A DNA stretch of 64,000 bases, taken from the IMG/VR virus record IMGVR_UViG_3300033405_000004, positions 1 to 64,000 of that record; one strand, 5' to 3'. Of this stretch, positions 29,221 through 38,007 are shown one piece after another. Source of the stretch: a virus. Under the pieces are notes generated by a model. The model did not search any database. It was not told where the DNA came from and saw nothing but the letters and a program-made list of their open reading frames with translations. The translations under genes and the position numbers were made by a program. Position 1 is the first letter of the stretch, and each line of letters begins with the position of its first letter.

Positions 29221-29247
29221 GAAGGGCCGGCCTCAGGCCGGCCCTTC
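29221..29247 (+). terminator. perfect hairpin closing the array
   Basis: GAAGGGCCGGCCT-C-AGGCCGGCCCTTC, then CTGTTCTT. Confidence 0.7.
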
Positions 29248-29262
29248 CTGTTCTTATGGGGC

Positions 29263-29343
29263 GTGAAGAAGACCCGAACGGAGCGCGTCGATCAGGTCCT
29301 GGAGCAGGCCCTGAAGGGCGAGGACGTCGGATGCCGATGCTGA
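29263..29343 (+). pseudogene. duplicated 5' fragment of the large terminase gene
   Basis: MKKTRTERVDQVLEQALKGEDV versus TerL MKKTTRTERVDQVLEQALRGEDV; upstream GTTCTTA motif also retained. Confidence 0.85.
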
Positions 29344-29506
29344 AGACCAGCTTGGCCCCGCACTTGGGGCACGCCCAGGGGCTTTCCTCGTAGATGCCCA
29401 CGATTTGGCTCCAGGCGGGGAACTCGGCGCCGCAGACGCACTTCGTCAGCGGCAGGTGCTCGTCGTCGTTGCGCTGGAAGGACACCCTGTCGGTCACGTC
29501 GTTCAT
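29328..29506 (-). pseudogene. 3'-truncated Zn-ribbon protein
   Basis: CVCG...CPKCG; coding character stops at the terL-fragment junction. Confidence 0.55.
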
Positions 29507-29826
29507 GCGAGGAAGGTGTCGTGGAACCATTGGCGCAGGCTCCTGTGCGCCCCGGCCGGCGGCTTCGGGCGGCCGGTGGGCACCACGGGCCGCCATTCGC
29601 GCAGGTCGAGGGAGCAGTGGTCGGGCCACTTCACTGCCAGCGAGCAGTATTCCAGGAAGCGGGCGCACTTGGCGTGCTCGCGCGCCGACGCCACGGTCGA
29701 CGCCCAGTCTGCCGGCCGCTGGTGGGCGCAGGTGTCGCAGCACTTCACGGGCGAGTTGAGGTACGCCGGGCCGGCGGGGGGCCGGGGCCTGCCGTCGAGG
29801 TCGAACCTGCGGATGGGGTCGCTCAT
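29503..29826 (-). CDS. PIRRFDL-motif Cys-rich protein
   Basis: MSDPIRRFDLDG...CCDTCAH. Confidence 0.6.
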   Translation of the reverse strand: MSDPIRRFDLDGRPRPPAGPAYLNSPVKCCDTCAHQRPADWASTVASAREHAKCARFLEYCSLAVKWPDHCSLDLREWRPVVPTGRPKPPAGAHRSLRQWFHDTFLA

Positions 29827-30095
29827 GCCGGTTCGAGGCCGCTGGGGGCCGACGGGTCGACGGGGTCGAGCCAGGCCAGCGGCACGGTCGCGTCCATGCC
29901 GATGATGTTGGGCTCGTCCTCGTCGCCCAGGTTTTCGTTCCAGATCACCTTGCCGTAGGGCGTGTCGTCGACCCCCGCTGCCGAAATCTGGGCGCCGATG
30001 ACCTTGGTGAGCATGACGCGCTGCACCTCGCCGTTGGGCCACCGGCAGGTGTACTCGCGGTTGCACTCGTAGCTGGAAAGGTCTACTGCGGCCAT
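29823..30095 (-). CDS. hypothetical protein
   Basis: 90 aa, coupled. Confidence 0.65.
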   Translation of the reverse strand: MAAVDLSSYECNREYTCRWPNGEVQRVMLTKVIGAQISAAGVDDTPYGKVIWNENLGDEDEPNIIGMDATVPLAWLDPVDPSAPSGLEPA

Positions 30096-30955
30096 GTCCA
30101 GGGTTCCTCGTGGTCGAGGGCGTTGTCGACTTCGGGCAGGCCGAGGGCCTCGCCCTTCTGGGCGAGCCAGATTTCATGGTAGCCCTGCTCGGTTGGGAAG
30201 CCGTAGGGGAACGCGAACGCGAGCTGCTCCGTCCCGATCAGGGCGTTCAGCCGGTGGTGGAGCACGTGGAGGGCGTGGGCCCACAGGACGACCTTGCCGG
30301 GCCGATCGCACATGCAGAGCACCAGCATCACGGCCGCCACGGACACCCGGGTCGTCGGCGAGCGCTCCGCCATGCGGCCGCAGAGGATGAGGAGGCTGGC
30401 GTCGTCCTTCATCGGGGCCAGCATCCCTTTCGCGGGGTCGGCCCAGTCGATTGGATTGGCGACTTCGCTGCCGTCGTTTTCCGCGATCGTCAGCCTGGCG
30501 AAGGTCTCGGTGAGTTTCCTGCTCATCGGTTCGCGGCTGGTCTCAGGGAGGTCGAGGATGGATTTGAGCGGGGGCACGTTCATCTTAGTCCGCAGCGCCG
30601 GGATGGTGCCAGGCGTGTCGTCCTTGCAGGCGGCGATTTCCTTCAAAGCTTTCTCCATCCGGGCCTGCCGCGGCGCCGGGACCAGCGTCGCGCGGATCTC
30701 CAGGCCCCGCGCGTGGCACGCGGCCACCAGGTCCTCGAACTTGGTGCCCCCGTGGAACGCGACGGGGACGGTGCGCGTGCCGCCCCTTGCCGCGGCGAGG
30801 TCGGGGGCGGCGGGGCGCAAGTACACGTCGGCGGGTCCGAACTGCGACCGGTCGCCGTCGCACGAAAGGCATGCCTCGGTGACGTGGAGGTCGCCGGCGC
30901 GGAACACCTCGTGGGGGTCGAGGCGGTGGTAGCTCACGGTCAGGGCGCTGGGCAT
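30083..30955 (-). CDS. apparent fusion of truncated gene A copy 2 to a second gene starting at 30583
   Basis: ...TPGTIPALR-TK-MNVPPLK...; junction at the edge of the 72-bp repeat. Confidence 0.6.
   Translation of the reverse strand: MPSALTVSYHRLDPHEVFRAGDLHVTEACLSCDGDRSQFGPADVYLRPAAPDLAAARGGTRTVPVAFHGGTKFEDLVAACHARGLEIRATLVPAPRQARMEKALKEIAACKDDTPGTIPALRTKMNVPPLKSILDLPETSREPMSRKLTETFARLTIAENDGSEVANPIDWADPAKGMLAPMKDDASLLILCGRMAERSPTTRVSVAAVMLVLCMCDRPGKVVLWAHALHVLHHRLNALIGTEQLAFAFPYGFPTEQGYHEIWLAQKGEALGLPEVDNALDHEEPWTWPQ
30591..30662 (+). repeat. direct repeat, copy 2
   Basis: matches 26687-26758. Confidence 0.9.
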
Positions 30956-30959
30956 GGGG

Positions 30960-31184
30960 TTACGATTTGCCGGCGCTCTTGGGGTCCTGCATCTCGTTGT
31001 GCAGGTTCACGCCGGGGTTGGTCACGGCGCCGTTGTTGCGGATGTCCGCCCAGGACATGGGGGTGGAGCCGTCCACGTGGAGCAGGAAGTTGATCTCGCC
31101 TGCGGGCAGCTCGGGGTGGTTCGTGTCGCGCAGGATCTTCTGCACGGCGTCGGCTATTTCACGCTTCTGTCGTACGGAGAACAT
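30960..31184 (-). CDS. hypothetical protein
   Basis: MFSVRQKREIADAVQKIL..., 74 aa. Confidence 0.7.
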   Translation of the reverse strand: MFSVRQKREIADAVQKILRDTNHPELPAGEINFLLHVDGSTPMSWADIRNNGAVTNPGVNLHNEMQDPKSAGKS

Positions 31185-31248
31185 GGCTTTAGGAAGTTGT
31201 AAACATTTTCCCCGAGGGCAAGTCTTTTCCTTCACCGTTCTTACTGGC

Positions 31249-33846
31249 GTGAAGAAGACGACCCGAACGGAGCGCGTCGACCAGGTCCTGGAGCAGGCCC
31301 TCCGGGGCGAGGACGTGGACCGGCTGATGGCGGGCCTCTCCGAGGGCGACAAGGAGCTGTTCCACCAGCTCGTGGCCCGGCTCCGCAAGGGCGGCGGCCC
31401 GGTGAGCGACGACCTCTGGCTCGTCGACTATACGCGCCGGCCCCCGACCATGGCCGAGTTCATCGAGGACCCGTACTGGATGGGCGACGTGCTCGTGCCG
31501 AGCGAGTTCAGCCGGGGCCTGTTCCCCACCTGGAGGGAGAAGCTCGTCAAGGACTTCGACATCGACAGCCGCGTGCACAACATCGTCATCACCGGGAGCC
31601 TCGCCATCGGCAAGTGCCACTACCACGGCTACGAGGTGCTCGGCTTCGACGGCGTGCCGGTGGCCGTCCAGCACGTGCGGCAGGGCGATTGGCTCATGGG
31701 GCCGGACTCCAGGCCGCGGCGGGTCGTGAGCGTCTGCAAGGGCGCCGGGCCGCTGTACCTGGTCAAGCCCCGCGACTTCCCCGCCTTCTGGGTCAACGGC
31801 GAGCACAAGCTCGTCGTCAGCGACGGCTTCGACTGGGCGACCATGACGCCGGAGCAGTGGCTGGCGCAGCCGCTCAGGCGCGACTGGCAGCTCAGGCGGC
31901 CGCCCGCGGTCACCTTCAACTCCCGCCGGACCGCGCTGGCCTGGCACCGGGCGCACGGGCGCGGGAAGGACGAGGTCGTCAGGCGGACGGTGGTGCTGGA
32001 GCGCACGGCCAGCCCGTTCACCGTCGAGCCGGCTGGGCATACCGGCGACTACTACGGGTTCACGCTGGAGCGCCTCGACCGCACGGACGGGTCGGTGGAG
32101 GACGGCGCCTTCCTGGGCAACACCCTGGCCCGCGGCGCCCACCCCTCGCTCTACCTCGGCGCGGACGGCGTCGTCCACCACAACACCTACATCACCGGCG
32201 TCATCTTCCTGTACCGCGTCGTCCTGGCGTCCCTCCTGCGCTACCCGGAGCGGTTCTTCGGCCTGGGCAAGGGTAGCCGCATCTACTACGTCCTGCTCTC
32301 GATCACGCGGGCCGCCGTGAGCGACACCATCTTCGGCGACGTCCAGAACTTCATGGCCCAGAGCCCCTACTTCCTGGAGGAGTGCCACTTCAACCCCGAG
32401 CGGAAGTACGCCGACTTCCGGGTCGGCCTGGGGCGGGGCCTGTTCATCACCGCCGGCTCCAAGGGCTGGCACGTCATCGGCCGCAACACCATGGGCGTTG
32501 CCCTCGACGAGGGCAACTGGCGCCTGGAGGCCAACCCCGACCAGCGCGCCTACGACCTGTACGGCGAGGTGCGCCAGCGCATCAAGGGCCGCTTCCAGCA
32601 GGTCACCGGCTACCTCCCCGCCATCAGCATCCTCGCCTCCTCGGCGCGCGACGAGTCCGCCTTCACCGAGACGGTCATCAACGAGATCAACCAGGCCGCC
32701 AACCCGGCCGTCGAGCTCGTCTACCGCCACGCCAGCTACGAGATCCGCGAGGGTGAGCTGCGCCGGGGCCAGCGGTGGTTCAGGGTCATGTACGGCCTCA
32801 AGAACATCGAGCCGGCCATCCTCCAGGGCTTCTACACGAAGGAGGGCGCCCAGGTGCAGGGGCCGTTCGAGGAGGCGCCGCACGGCTCCCAGACCAAGCT
32901 TGTCCCCGAGGACTTCCTGCCGGAGTTCCGCCGCAACATGAAGCTCTCGCTGCAGGGCATCTGCGGCGTGTCCACGGGCGGCTCCCACCTTTTCTTCGGC
33001 AGCCCCGTCGAGCTGGAGACCGCCGTCAAGACCGGCGAGGCCAAGGGAGTCAGGAACCCCGCCGACGTGGAGCACATCCCCATCTCCGTCGAGGACACCC
33101 AGGAGGTCTGGGACTACCTCAAGCACGAGCGCTTCCTCACCCGCCGCTCCGGCTCCATCGTCCCCCTGCGCGACCCCGACGCGCCCCGCTTCGCCCACCT
33201 CGACATGGCCACCGAGTCCATCGCCGGCGTGGCGATCTGCCACCCGGTCGGCAAGGTCGAGGTGTCCAACGTCTTCAAGCCGGAGATCCCCTTCCAGCTC
33301 TTCAGCGAGTACCGCGTCGTCGCCGAGTACGACTTCATCCTCGCCATCGTCTCCGGCAAGACCAAGCCGATCAGCTTCGAGAAGGTCCTGCGCTTCTTCT
33401 TCTGGCTGCGGGAGCGGTGCGGCTTCCGCTTCGAGATGATCAGCGCCGACCAGTACCAGTCGGTGATGCCCCTCCAGGTCTTCGAGACCCGCGGCTTCAA
33501 GGTGCGGAACGTGTCCGTGGACCGGACCAAGCTGCCCTACTATGCCTGGCGGGCCGCGTTCACCGAGCGGCGCGTCTGGCTCTACCGGCACGGCCTGTTC
33601 ATGCGCGAGGCCGAGCAGCTTATCGACGGCCCGGACAAGGTGGACCACCGGCCCGAGGGCTCGAAGGACCTCACCGATGCCGCCTGCGGTGCCTACTACA
33701 ACCTCCTCGAAAGCGAATACGCGACCGGCGCGGTCTCCGCCGGGGCGTCCCCGGTGATGACGCCCGACATGGAGGAGGAGAAGCCCCCGATCGACATGAT
33801 GCCGCCCCCGCCGAAGCGCGAGGCGCCGCCGGTGTACACCGTCTGA
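31249..33846 (+). CDS. terL: terminase large subunit (intein-containing)
   Basis: Walker A ITGSLAIGK|T, Walker B VALDE, coupling motif LASS, nuclease HLDMA / SADQYQS / DH..GSKDLTDA; GTG start 31249. Confidence 0.9.
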   Translation: MKKTTRTERVDQVLEQALRGEDVDRLMAGLSEGDKELFHQLVARLRKGGGPVSDDLWLVDYTRRPPTMAEFIEDPYWMGDVLVPSEFSRGLFPTWREKLVKDFDIDSRVHNIVITGSLAIGKCHYHGYEVLGFDGVPVAVQHVRQGDWLMGPDSRPRRVVSVCKGAGPLYLVKPRDFPAFWVNGEHKLVVSDGFDWATMTPEQWLAQPLRRDWQLRRPPAVTFNSRRTALAWHRAHGRGKDEVVRRTVVLERTASPFTVEPAGHTGDYYGFTLERLDRTDGSVEDGAFLGNTLARGAHPSLYLGADGVVHHNTYITGVIFLYRVVLASLLRYPERFFGLGKGSRIYYVLLSITRAAVSDTIFGDVQNFMAQSPYFLEECHFNPERKYADFRVGLGRGLFITAGSKGWHVIGRNTMGVALDEGNWRLEANPDQRAYDLYGEVRQRIKGRFQQVTGYLPAISILASSARDESAFTETVINEINQAANPAVELVYRHASYEIREGELRRGQRWFRVMYGLKNIEPAILQGFYTKEGAQVQGPFEEAPHGSQTKLVPEDFLPEFRRNMKLSLQGICGVSTGGSHLFFGSPVELETAVKTGEAKGVRNPADVEHIPISVEDTQEVWDYLKHERFLTRRSGSIVPLRDPDAPRFAHLDMATESIAGVAICHPVGKVEVSNVFKPEIPFQLFSEYRVVAEYDFILAIVSGKTKPISFEKVLRFFFWLRERCGFRFEMISADQYQSVMPLQVFETRGFKVRNVSVDRTKLPYYAWRAAFTERRVWLYRHGLFMREAEQLIDGPDKVDHRPEGSKDLTDAACGAYYNLLESEYATGAVSAGASPVMTPDMEEEKPPIDMMPPPPKREAPPVYTV
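31615..32184 (+). mobile_element. mini-intein (190 aa, no endonuclease) in the TerL P-loop
   Basis: N-terminal CHYHG, block B VNGEH, block F YYGFTL, C-terminal VVHHN followed by Thr. Confidence 0.9.
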
Positions 33847-33905
33847 GCATTTTGTGGACAAACTCTTCTTGATGAAAAAGCCCACTTGTGCGATGATTCA
33901 GCACC

Positions 33906-34163
33906 ATGGAAACGGAACCGGACTTCGGCCTCGTCGCGCGCAGGGACGCCCTGAGGTCGATGCTCCCGCCGCCGCTCTACCACAAGGTGGTCGACCCCTA
34001 CAAGGGGATGATCGCCGAGATCGCCATGCGCACCGGCTGCTCCGACGCCCAGGCGGCGGTGGCAGTCGCCGAGGCGGCCGTGGAACTGGGCGAGCCGGCG
34101 ATCAAGACGGTGCCCGTGTTCGCCGCCCTGGTCGACCTGCACGACTTGCGCGCCCGGGGCTGA
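33906..34163 (+). CDS. hypothetical protein
   Basis: 85 aa, codon bias. Confidence 0.65.
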   Translation: METEPDFGLVARRDALRSMLPPPLYHKVVDPYKGMIAEIAMRTGCSDAQAAVAVAEAAVELGEPAIKTVPVFAALVDLHDLRARG

Positions 34164-34391
34164 CCCCGCCGAGCCTCGCCGAGCTGAAATCCCGCGTCTG
34201 GGCCGTGCCCCGCAAGAACGGCCGCGGGCGGTGGTGGGTGAGCGTGCTCGACATCAGCGACTGCGGGCGCTTCGTCAAGGTGTCGGCGGCCGTCGCCGAC
34301 CGCCCCGGCCTTGGGCTGGAGAAGGGGCCTCGGCCCGCCGCCGGGAAGCCATGGTGGGTCCGGGCCGCCGATCTCCAGAAGGATTGAATCT

Positions 34392-34853
34392 ATGAACGCA
34401 AACTGCGATTCCGCCCCCGACACCGTCGCGCACATCCAGCGCGTCCAGTATCTGCTCGAAGCGTGCCGCCTCAACCTCGTGCGGCGCGGCTGCGACCACG
34501 ACGCGAGCAAACTTGAGGAACCCGAGAAGCCTGCGTTCGACGCTTGCAAGGAGAAGCTGGCGTCGATGGCCTATGGCTCGCCTGAGTACAAGGTGGCCCT
34601 GGCCGAGCTGGGCCCGGCCCTCCAGCACCACTACGCCCACAACTCTCACCACCCGGAGCACTGGCCGAACGGCGTCGACGACATGAGCCTCTTCGACGTG
34701 ATCGAGATGCTCATGGACTGGAAGGCCGCCACCGAGCGCATGAAGGGCGGCGGCGACATCCGCCGCTCATTGGAGATTAACGCGGGGCGGTTCAAGCTCT
34801 CGCCGCAGCTGGCCTCGATCCTGGCGAACACCATCAGGGAGATGGGCTGGTGA
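34392..34853 (+). CDS. HD-like (DUF5662-type) protein
   Basis: HDASKL, HHYAHNSHHPEHW, EMLMDW. Confidence 0.8.
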   Translation: MNANCDSAPDTVAHIQRVQYLLEACRLNLVRRGCDHDASKLEEPEKPAFDACKEKLASMAYGSPEYKVALAELGPALQHHYAHNSHHPEHWPNGVDDMSLFDVIEMLMDWKAATERMKGGGDIRRSLEINAGRFKLSPQLASILANTIREMGW

Positions 34854-34854
34854 C

Positions 34855-35985
34855 ATGGCCCACGTCGTCATCTGCGGGGACGCCCTGGCGGAGCTGCGCA
34901 AGATGCCGGACGAGTCCGTCCAATGCTGCGTGACCAGCCCGCCCTACTGGGGCCTGCGCAATTACGGCACGGCGCCGCAGGTCTGGGGCGGGTGCTCGGG
35001 TTGCGGGCACGAGTGGGCCGACGCCTCGTGGAAGTTCCCCCGCTGGGGCGCACACGACGACGACAAGATCAAGGCCGGCCGGCAAGTGCGGAACGCGGGG
35101 AGCCTCGGGCATCGTGGGCGGGTGCGCGTCCAGTGGGTGTGCACCCATTGCGGGGCCTGGCGGGGCTCCCTCGGCCTGGAGCCGACGTTCCAAATGTACG
35201 TCGAGCACTTGGTCGAGCTATTTCGCGAGGTGCGCCGCGTGCTCGACCGGAGCGGCACGCTCTGGCTCGTCCTGGGCGACAGCTACGCCAGCTCCAGCAC
35301 CTACAACACGACCAACACCCTCCACACCGAGCACGGCTGGAAGCAGGACGCCGCGGTGCGCCCCAACATCCGGGCCGCCCAGATCGGCCTCAAGCCGAAG
35401 AACCTCTGCGGCATCCCCTGGCGCGTCGCCTTCGCCCTCCAGGCCGACGGCTGGTGGCTCCGCCAGGACGTGATCTGGAGCAAGCCCAACGCCATGCCGG
35501 AGAGCGTGCTCGATCGCTGCACCAAGGCCCACGAGTACGTCTTCCTCCTCAGCAGGCGGCAGAGGTATTACTACGACGCCGCCGCCATCGCCGAGCCCTG
35601 CGCCTCCGGGCCGCCGGGCAACCGGGCGCACCGCGGCGCCTCGGCCTACCACGCGGGCCTCGACGAGCACCAGCGCACCAAGGGCGGCCTGGTGGCCTTT
35701 GCCGAGAAGGCCAGGGCGTCCGGCTGGGCCACCCGCAACCGTCGCTCGGTCTGGGCTATCAACACCAAGGCCTACAAGGAGGCCCATTTCGCCACCTTCC
35801 CGCCGGAGCTGCCGCGGCTCTGCATCCTGGCCGGCAGCAGGCCCGGCGACGCCATCCTCGACCCCTTCGCCGGGGCGGGCACCACCGGCCTGGCGGCCGC
35901 CGGCCTGGGGCGCGACTCCATCCTGATCGAGCTGAACCCGGACTACTGCGGCCTCATCCGGCGGCGCCTGAGTTCTGCTAGTTAA
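34855..35985 (+). CDS. N4-C/N6-A DNA methyltransferase (beta class)
   Basis: VTSPPY, WSKPNAMPES, HFATFP, LDPFAGAGTT. Confidence 0.93.
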   Translation: MAHVVICGDALAELRKMPDESVQCCVTSPPYWGLRNYGTAPQVWGGCSGCGHEWADASWKFPRWGAHDDDKIKAGRQVRNAGSLGHRGRVRVQWVCTHCGAWRGSLGLEPTFQMYVEHLVELFREVRRVLDRSGTLWLVLGDSYASSSTYNTTNTLHTEHGWKQDAAVRPNIRAAQIGLKPKNLCGIPWRVAFALQADGWWLRQDVIWSKPNAMPESVLDRCTKAHEYVFLLSRRQRYYYDAAAIAEPCASGPPGNRAHRGASAYHAGLDEHQRTKGGLVAFAEKARASGWATRNRRSVWAINTKAYKEAHFATFPPELPRLCILAGSRPGDAILDPFAGAGTTGLAAAGLGRDSILIELNPDYCGLIRRRLSSAS

Positions 35986-35992
35986 GCCGTGG

Positions 35993-37263
35993 ATGAACTA
36001 CTACAACGAGAACAACCCGGAGGCCGCGGCCTGGCTGCGCGAGCTGATCGCCGCCGGGCGGATCGGGGAGGGGGTCGTCGATGACCGGAGCGTCGCCGAC
36101 GTCGAGCCCGCCGACGTCCGGGGGTTCGCCCAGTGCCACTTCTTCGCCGGCGTCGGCGGCTGGGCCTACGCCCTGCGCCTCGCCGGCTGGCCCGACTCCC
36201 GCCCCGCCTGGACCGGCTCGTGCCCGTGCCAGCCGTTCAGCACGGCCGGGCGAAGGCTGGGAACGAAGGACAAGCGCCACCTATGGCCGTTCTTTCGCCA
36301 CCTGGTCGCTCGGTGCCGCCCTCCAGTCGTGTTTGGGGAGCAGGTTGCGAGCTCGGCTGGGCGCCTTTGGCTCGCCGGAGTACGAGCTAACCTGGCGCGA
36401 CTGGGATATGCCGTCGGGGCCGCCGATCTGTGCGCTGCGGGCGTCGGCTCGCCCCAGATCCGGCAGCGGCTCTATTGGGTGGCCTACGCCGATCGGCGAG
36501 GAGGTCAGGGCGGGCACGCACTGCGGGAACCAGGAGACGGTGTCCATGGTTGTGGCGGGCTGGCTGACCCCGACGGAGGCCGCAGCGGGCGCGGCGCACG
36601 GGGGCAGCTCGGCCGGGAACGACTTGAGGAACCAGGTGAGGCTGGCGGGCTGGCCGACGCCCGTGGCGAACGACGACAACAAGACCCCGGAGGCCCACCT
36701 CGCGATGAAGCTGAGGATGGGCGTGCGCGATGGGACGGGGGCCGAGCGCATGGCGATCACCAGCCTCCAGGTGATGGCGCAGACGGCCGACCTGGCCGGG
36801 TGGGCGACCCCGAACGTGCCGAACGGGGGCCGGACGAGCAACGACTCGAACTGGCGGCCGGACGGCACGAAGCAGCAGGTCGACCTGGGGGCGCAGGCCC
36901 GGCTGGCGGGCTGGCCGACGCCCATAGCGACGGACGAGGCCCACGGGCACTCGGCGACGTGGGCGACCACCCGGTGCAACCTCCACAACGTGGCCCTGGG
37001 GATCGGGAGGCAGACGACGGGCGAGGTGGTGCCGGCGGCGGAGGCGGTCCCGGCTGGCCATCCCTCGCTGTCTGGGACGACTTCGACCTCGTCCCCTGCC
37101 GCGACGGCAAGGCGCGGCGTGTTGAACCCGGCTCTCCCCGCTGGTTGATGGGCTTCCCGGCCGCGTGGGACTCCTGCGGGGCTACGGCAATGCAATCGTG
37201 CCGCAGCTCGCGGCGGTCTTCATCCAGGCTGCCGAGGAGGGTCGCGATTTGATCAATTTATGA
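35993..37263 (+). CDS. C5-cytosine DNA methyltransferase, alpha chain, frameshifted near 37135
   Basis: FFAGVGG, GSCPCQPFS, FGEQV, QIRQRLYWV; motif X GYGNAIVPQLA lies in the -1 frame ending TGA 37263. Confidence 0.85.
36081..37148 (+). CDS. overlapping alternative-frame beta chain of the C5 MTase (start uncertain)
   Basis: GSPEYELTW, five W(P/L/A)TP repeats, GVLNPA; M.EcoHK31I-like arrangement. Confidence 0.65.
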   Translation: MTGASPTSSPPTSGGSPSATSSPASAAGPTPCASPAGPTPAPPGPARARASRSARPGEGWERRTSATYGRSFATWSLGAALQSCLGSRLRARLGAFGSPEYELTWRDWDMPSGPPICALRASARPRSGSGSIGWPTPIGEEVRAGTHCGNQETVSMVVAGWLTPTEAAAGAAHGGSSAGNDLRNQVRLAGWPTPVANDDNKTPEAHLAMKLRMGVRDGTGAERMAITSLQVMAQTADLAGWATPNVPNGGRTSNDSNWRPDGTKQQVDLGAQARLAGWPTPIATDEAHGHSATWATTRCNLHNVALGIGRQTTGEVVPAAEAVPAGHPSLSGTTSTSSPAATARRGVLNPALPAG

Positions 37264-37580
37264 AACCCATAGACTTTCTTGAGGCGAACGTGTCGTTCGG
37301 ACCCCCGCCGGGCTTCTCGGAGGAGCAGGTGGCCACCGTCAGGGCGCATCGTACCACACTTCGGGGCGGTTCCTGTGACGGCGCTGAAGTCGTAGTGACG
37401 GCGTGGAGGCCGTCTGACGCCGAGCGGCTTCGTTTGGCTGCCGGGGCCCCTGTGTTTCTCACCTTCATGGGCGGTGGGTTGCCGCCCCACGCGGTGACGA
37501 CCAGCTTCGATGAGGCCATGGAGGTTGCGCGCCCAGTGCGCGAGCGGTATGGGGGCTGGGTCGCCCCGCCTGCCCCGTAG
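37260..37580 (+). CDS. hypothetical protein
   Basis: MKPIDF..N..FGPP...W.P..ER..L..G.PVFL pattern. Confidence 0.75.
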   Translation: MKPIDFLEANVSFGPPPGFSEEQVATVRAHRTTLRGGSCDGAEVVVTAWRPSDAERLRLAAGAPVFLTFMGGGLPPHAVTTSFDEAMEVARPVRERYGGWVAPPAP

Positions 37581-37587
37581 TTAAGTC

Positions 37588-38007
37588 ATGAACGCCGTCA
37601 AAAAGCTTTTGGGGGAGTCGCGACAGGAGCGGTGGTGCTTCACCGAGTACGAGCTGGGCAACCCGGAGGCGCTCAAGGCCTGCCGTGGCGAGGACGAGTT
37701 CGTGGCCAGCGCCTATGACGAGGAGGGCAACCGGCTCGAACTGGGCGTGTTGGTCTACCGGGACGGTCGCGCCACGAATCGGTGGGAGGACGGGACAGCC
37801 GGCGTGCCGGAGGAAGTGCAGCGGGAGGCGGAAGTCGACGAATCCCCCTCGAAGCCGATCGGGCGTGGCAGCGGCAGCCCCAGGCTCGGCGACGACGACC
37901 TCATCGCGGACAACTGGCGCGACGTCGAGGTCGCCGAGGACGGCAGCTTCACAATCGTCCCCGGCGGTTCGAGGCGCTACGTCAACCCGGGCGGGCGCCC
38001 CTATTGA
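37588..38007 (+). CDS. acidic hypothetical protein (candidate head-packaged)
   Basis: TAGTTA-N4-ATG; MNAVKKLLGES leader. Confidence 0.7.
   Translation: MNAVKKLLGESRQERWCFTEYELGNPEALKACRGEDEFVASAYDEEGNRLELGVLVYRDGRATNRWEDGTAGVPEEVQREAEVDESPSKPIGRGSGSPRLGDDDLIADNWRDVEVAEDGSFTIVPGGSRRYVNPGGRPY

Noticed and set aside
30967-31248. N-terminal extension of TerL in the ORF track
   Set aside because: Overlaps an opposite-strand gene; the duplicated fragment and the GTTCT motif both point to GTG 31249.
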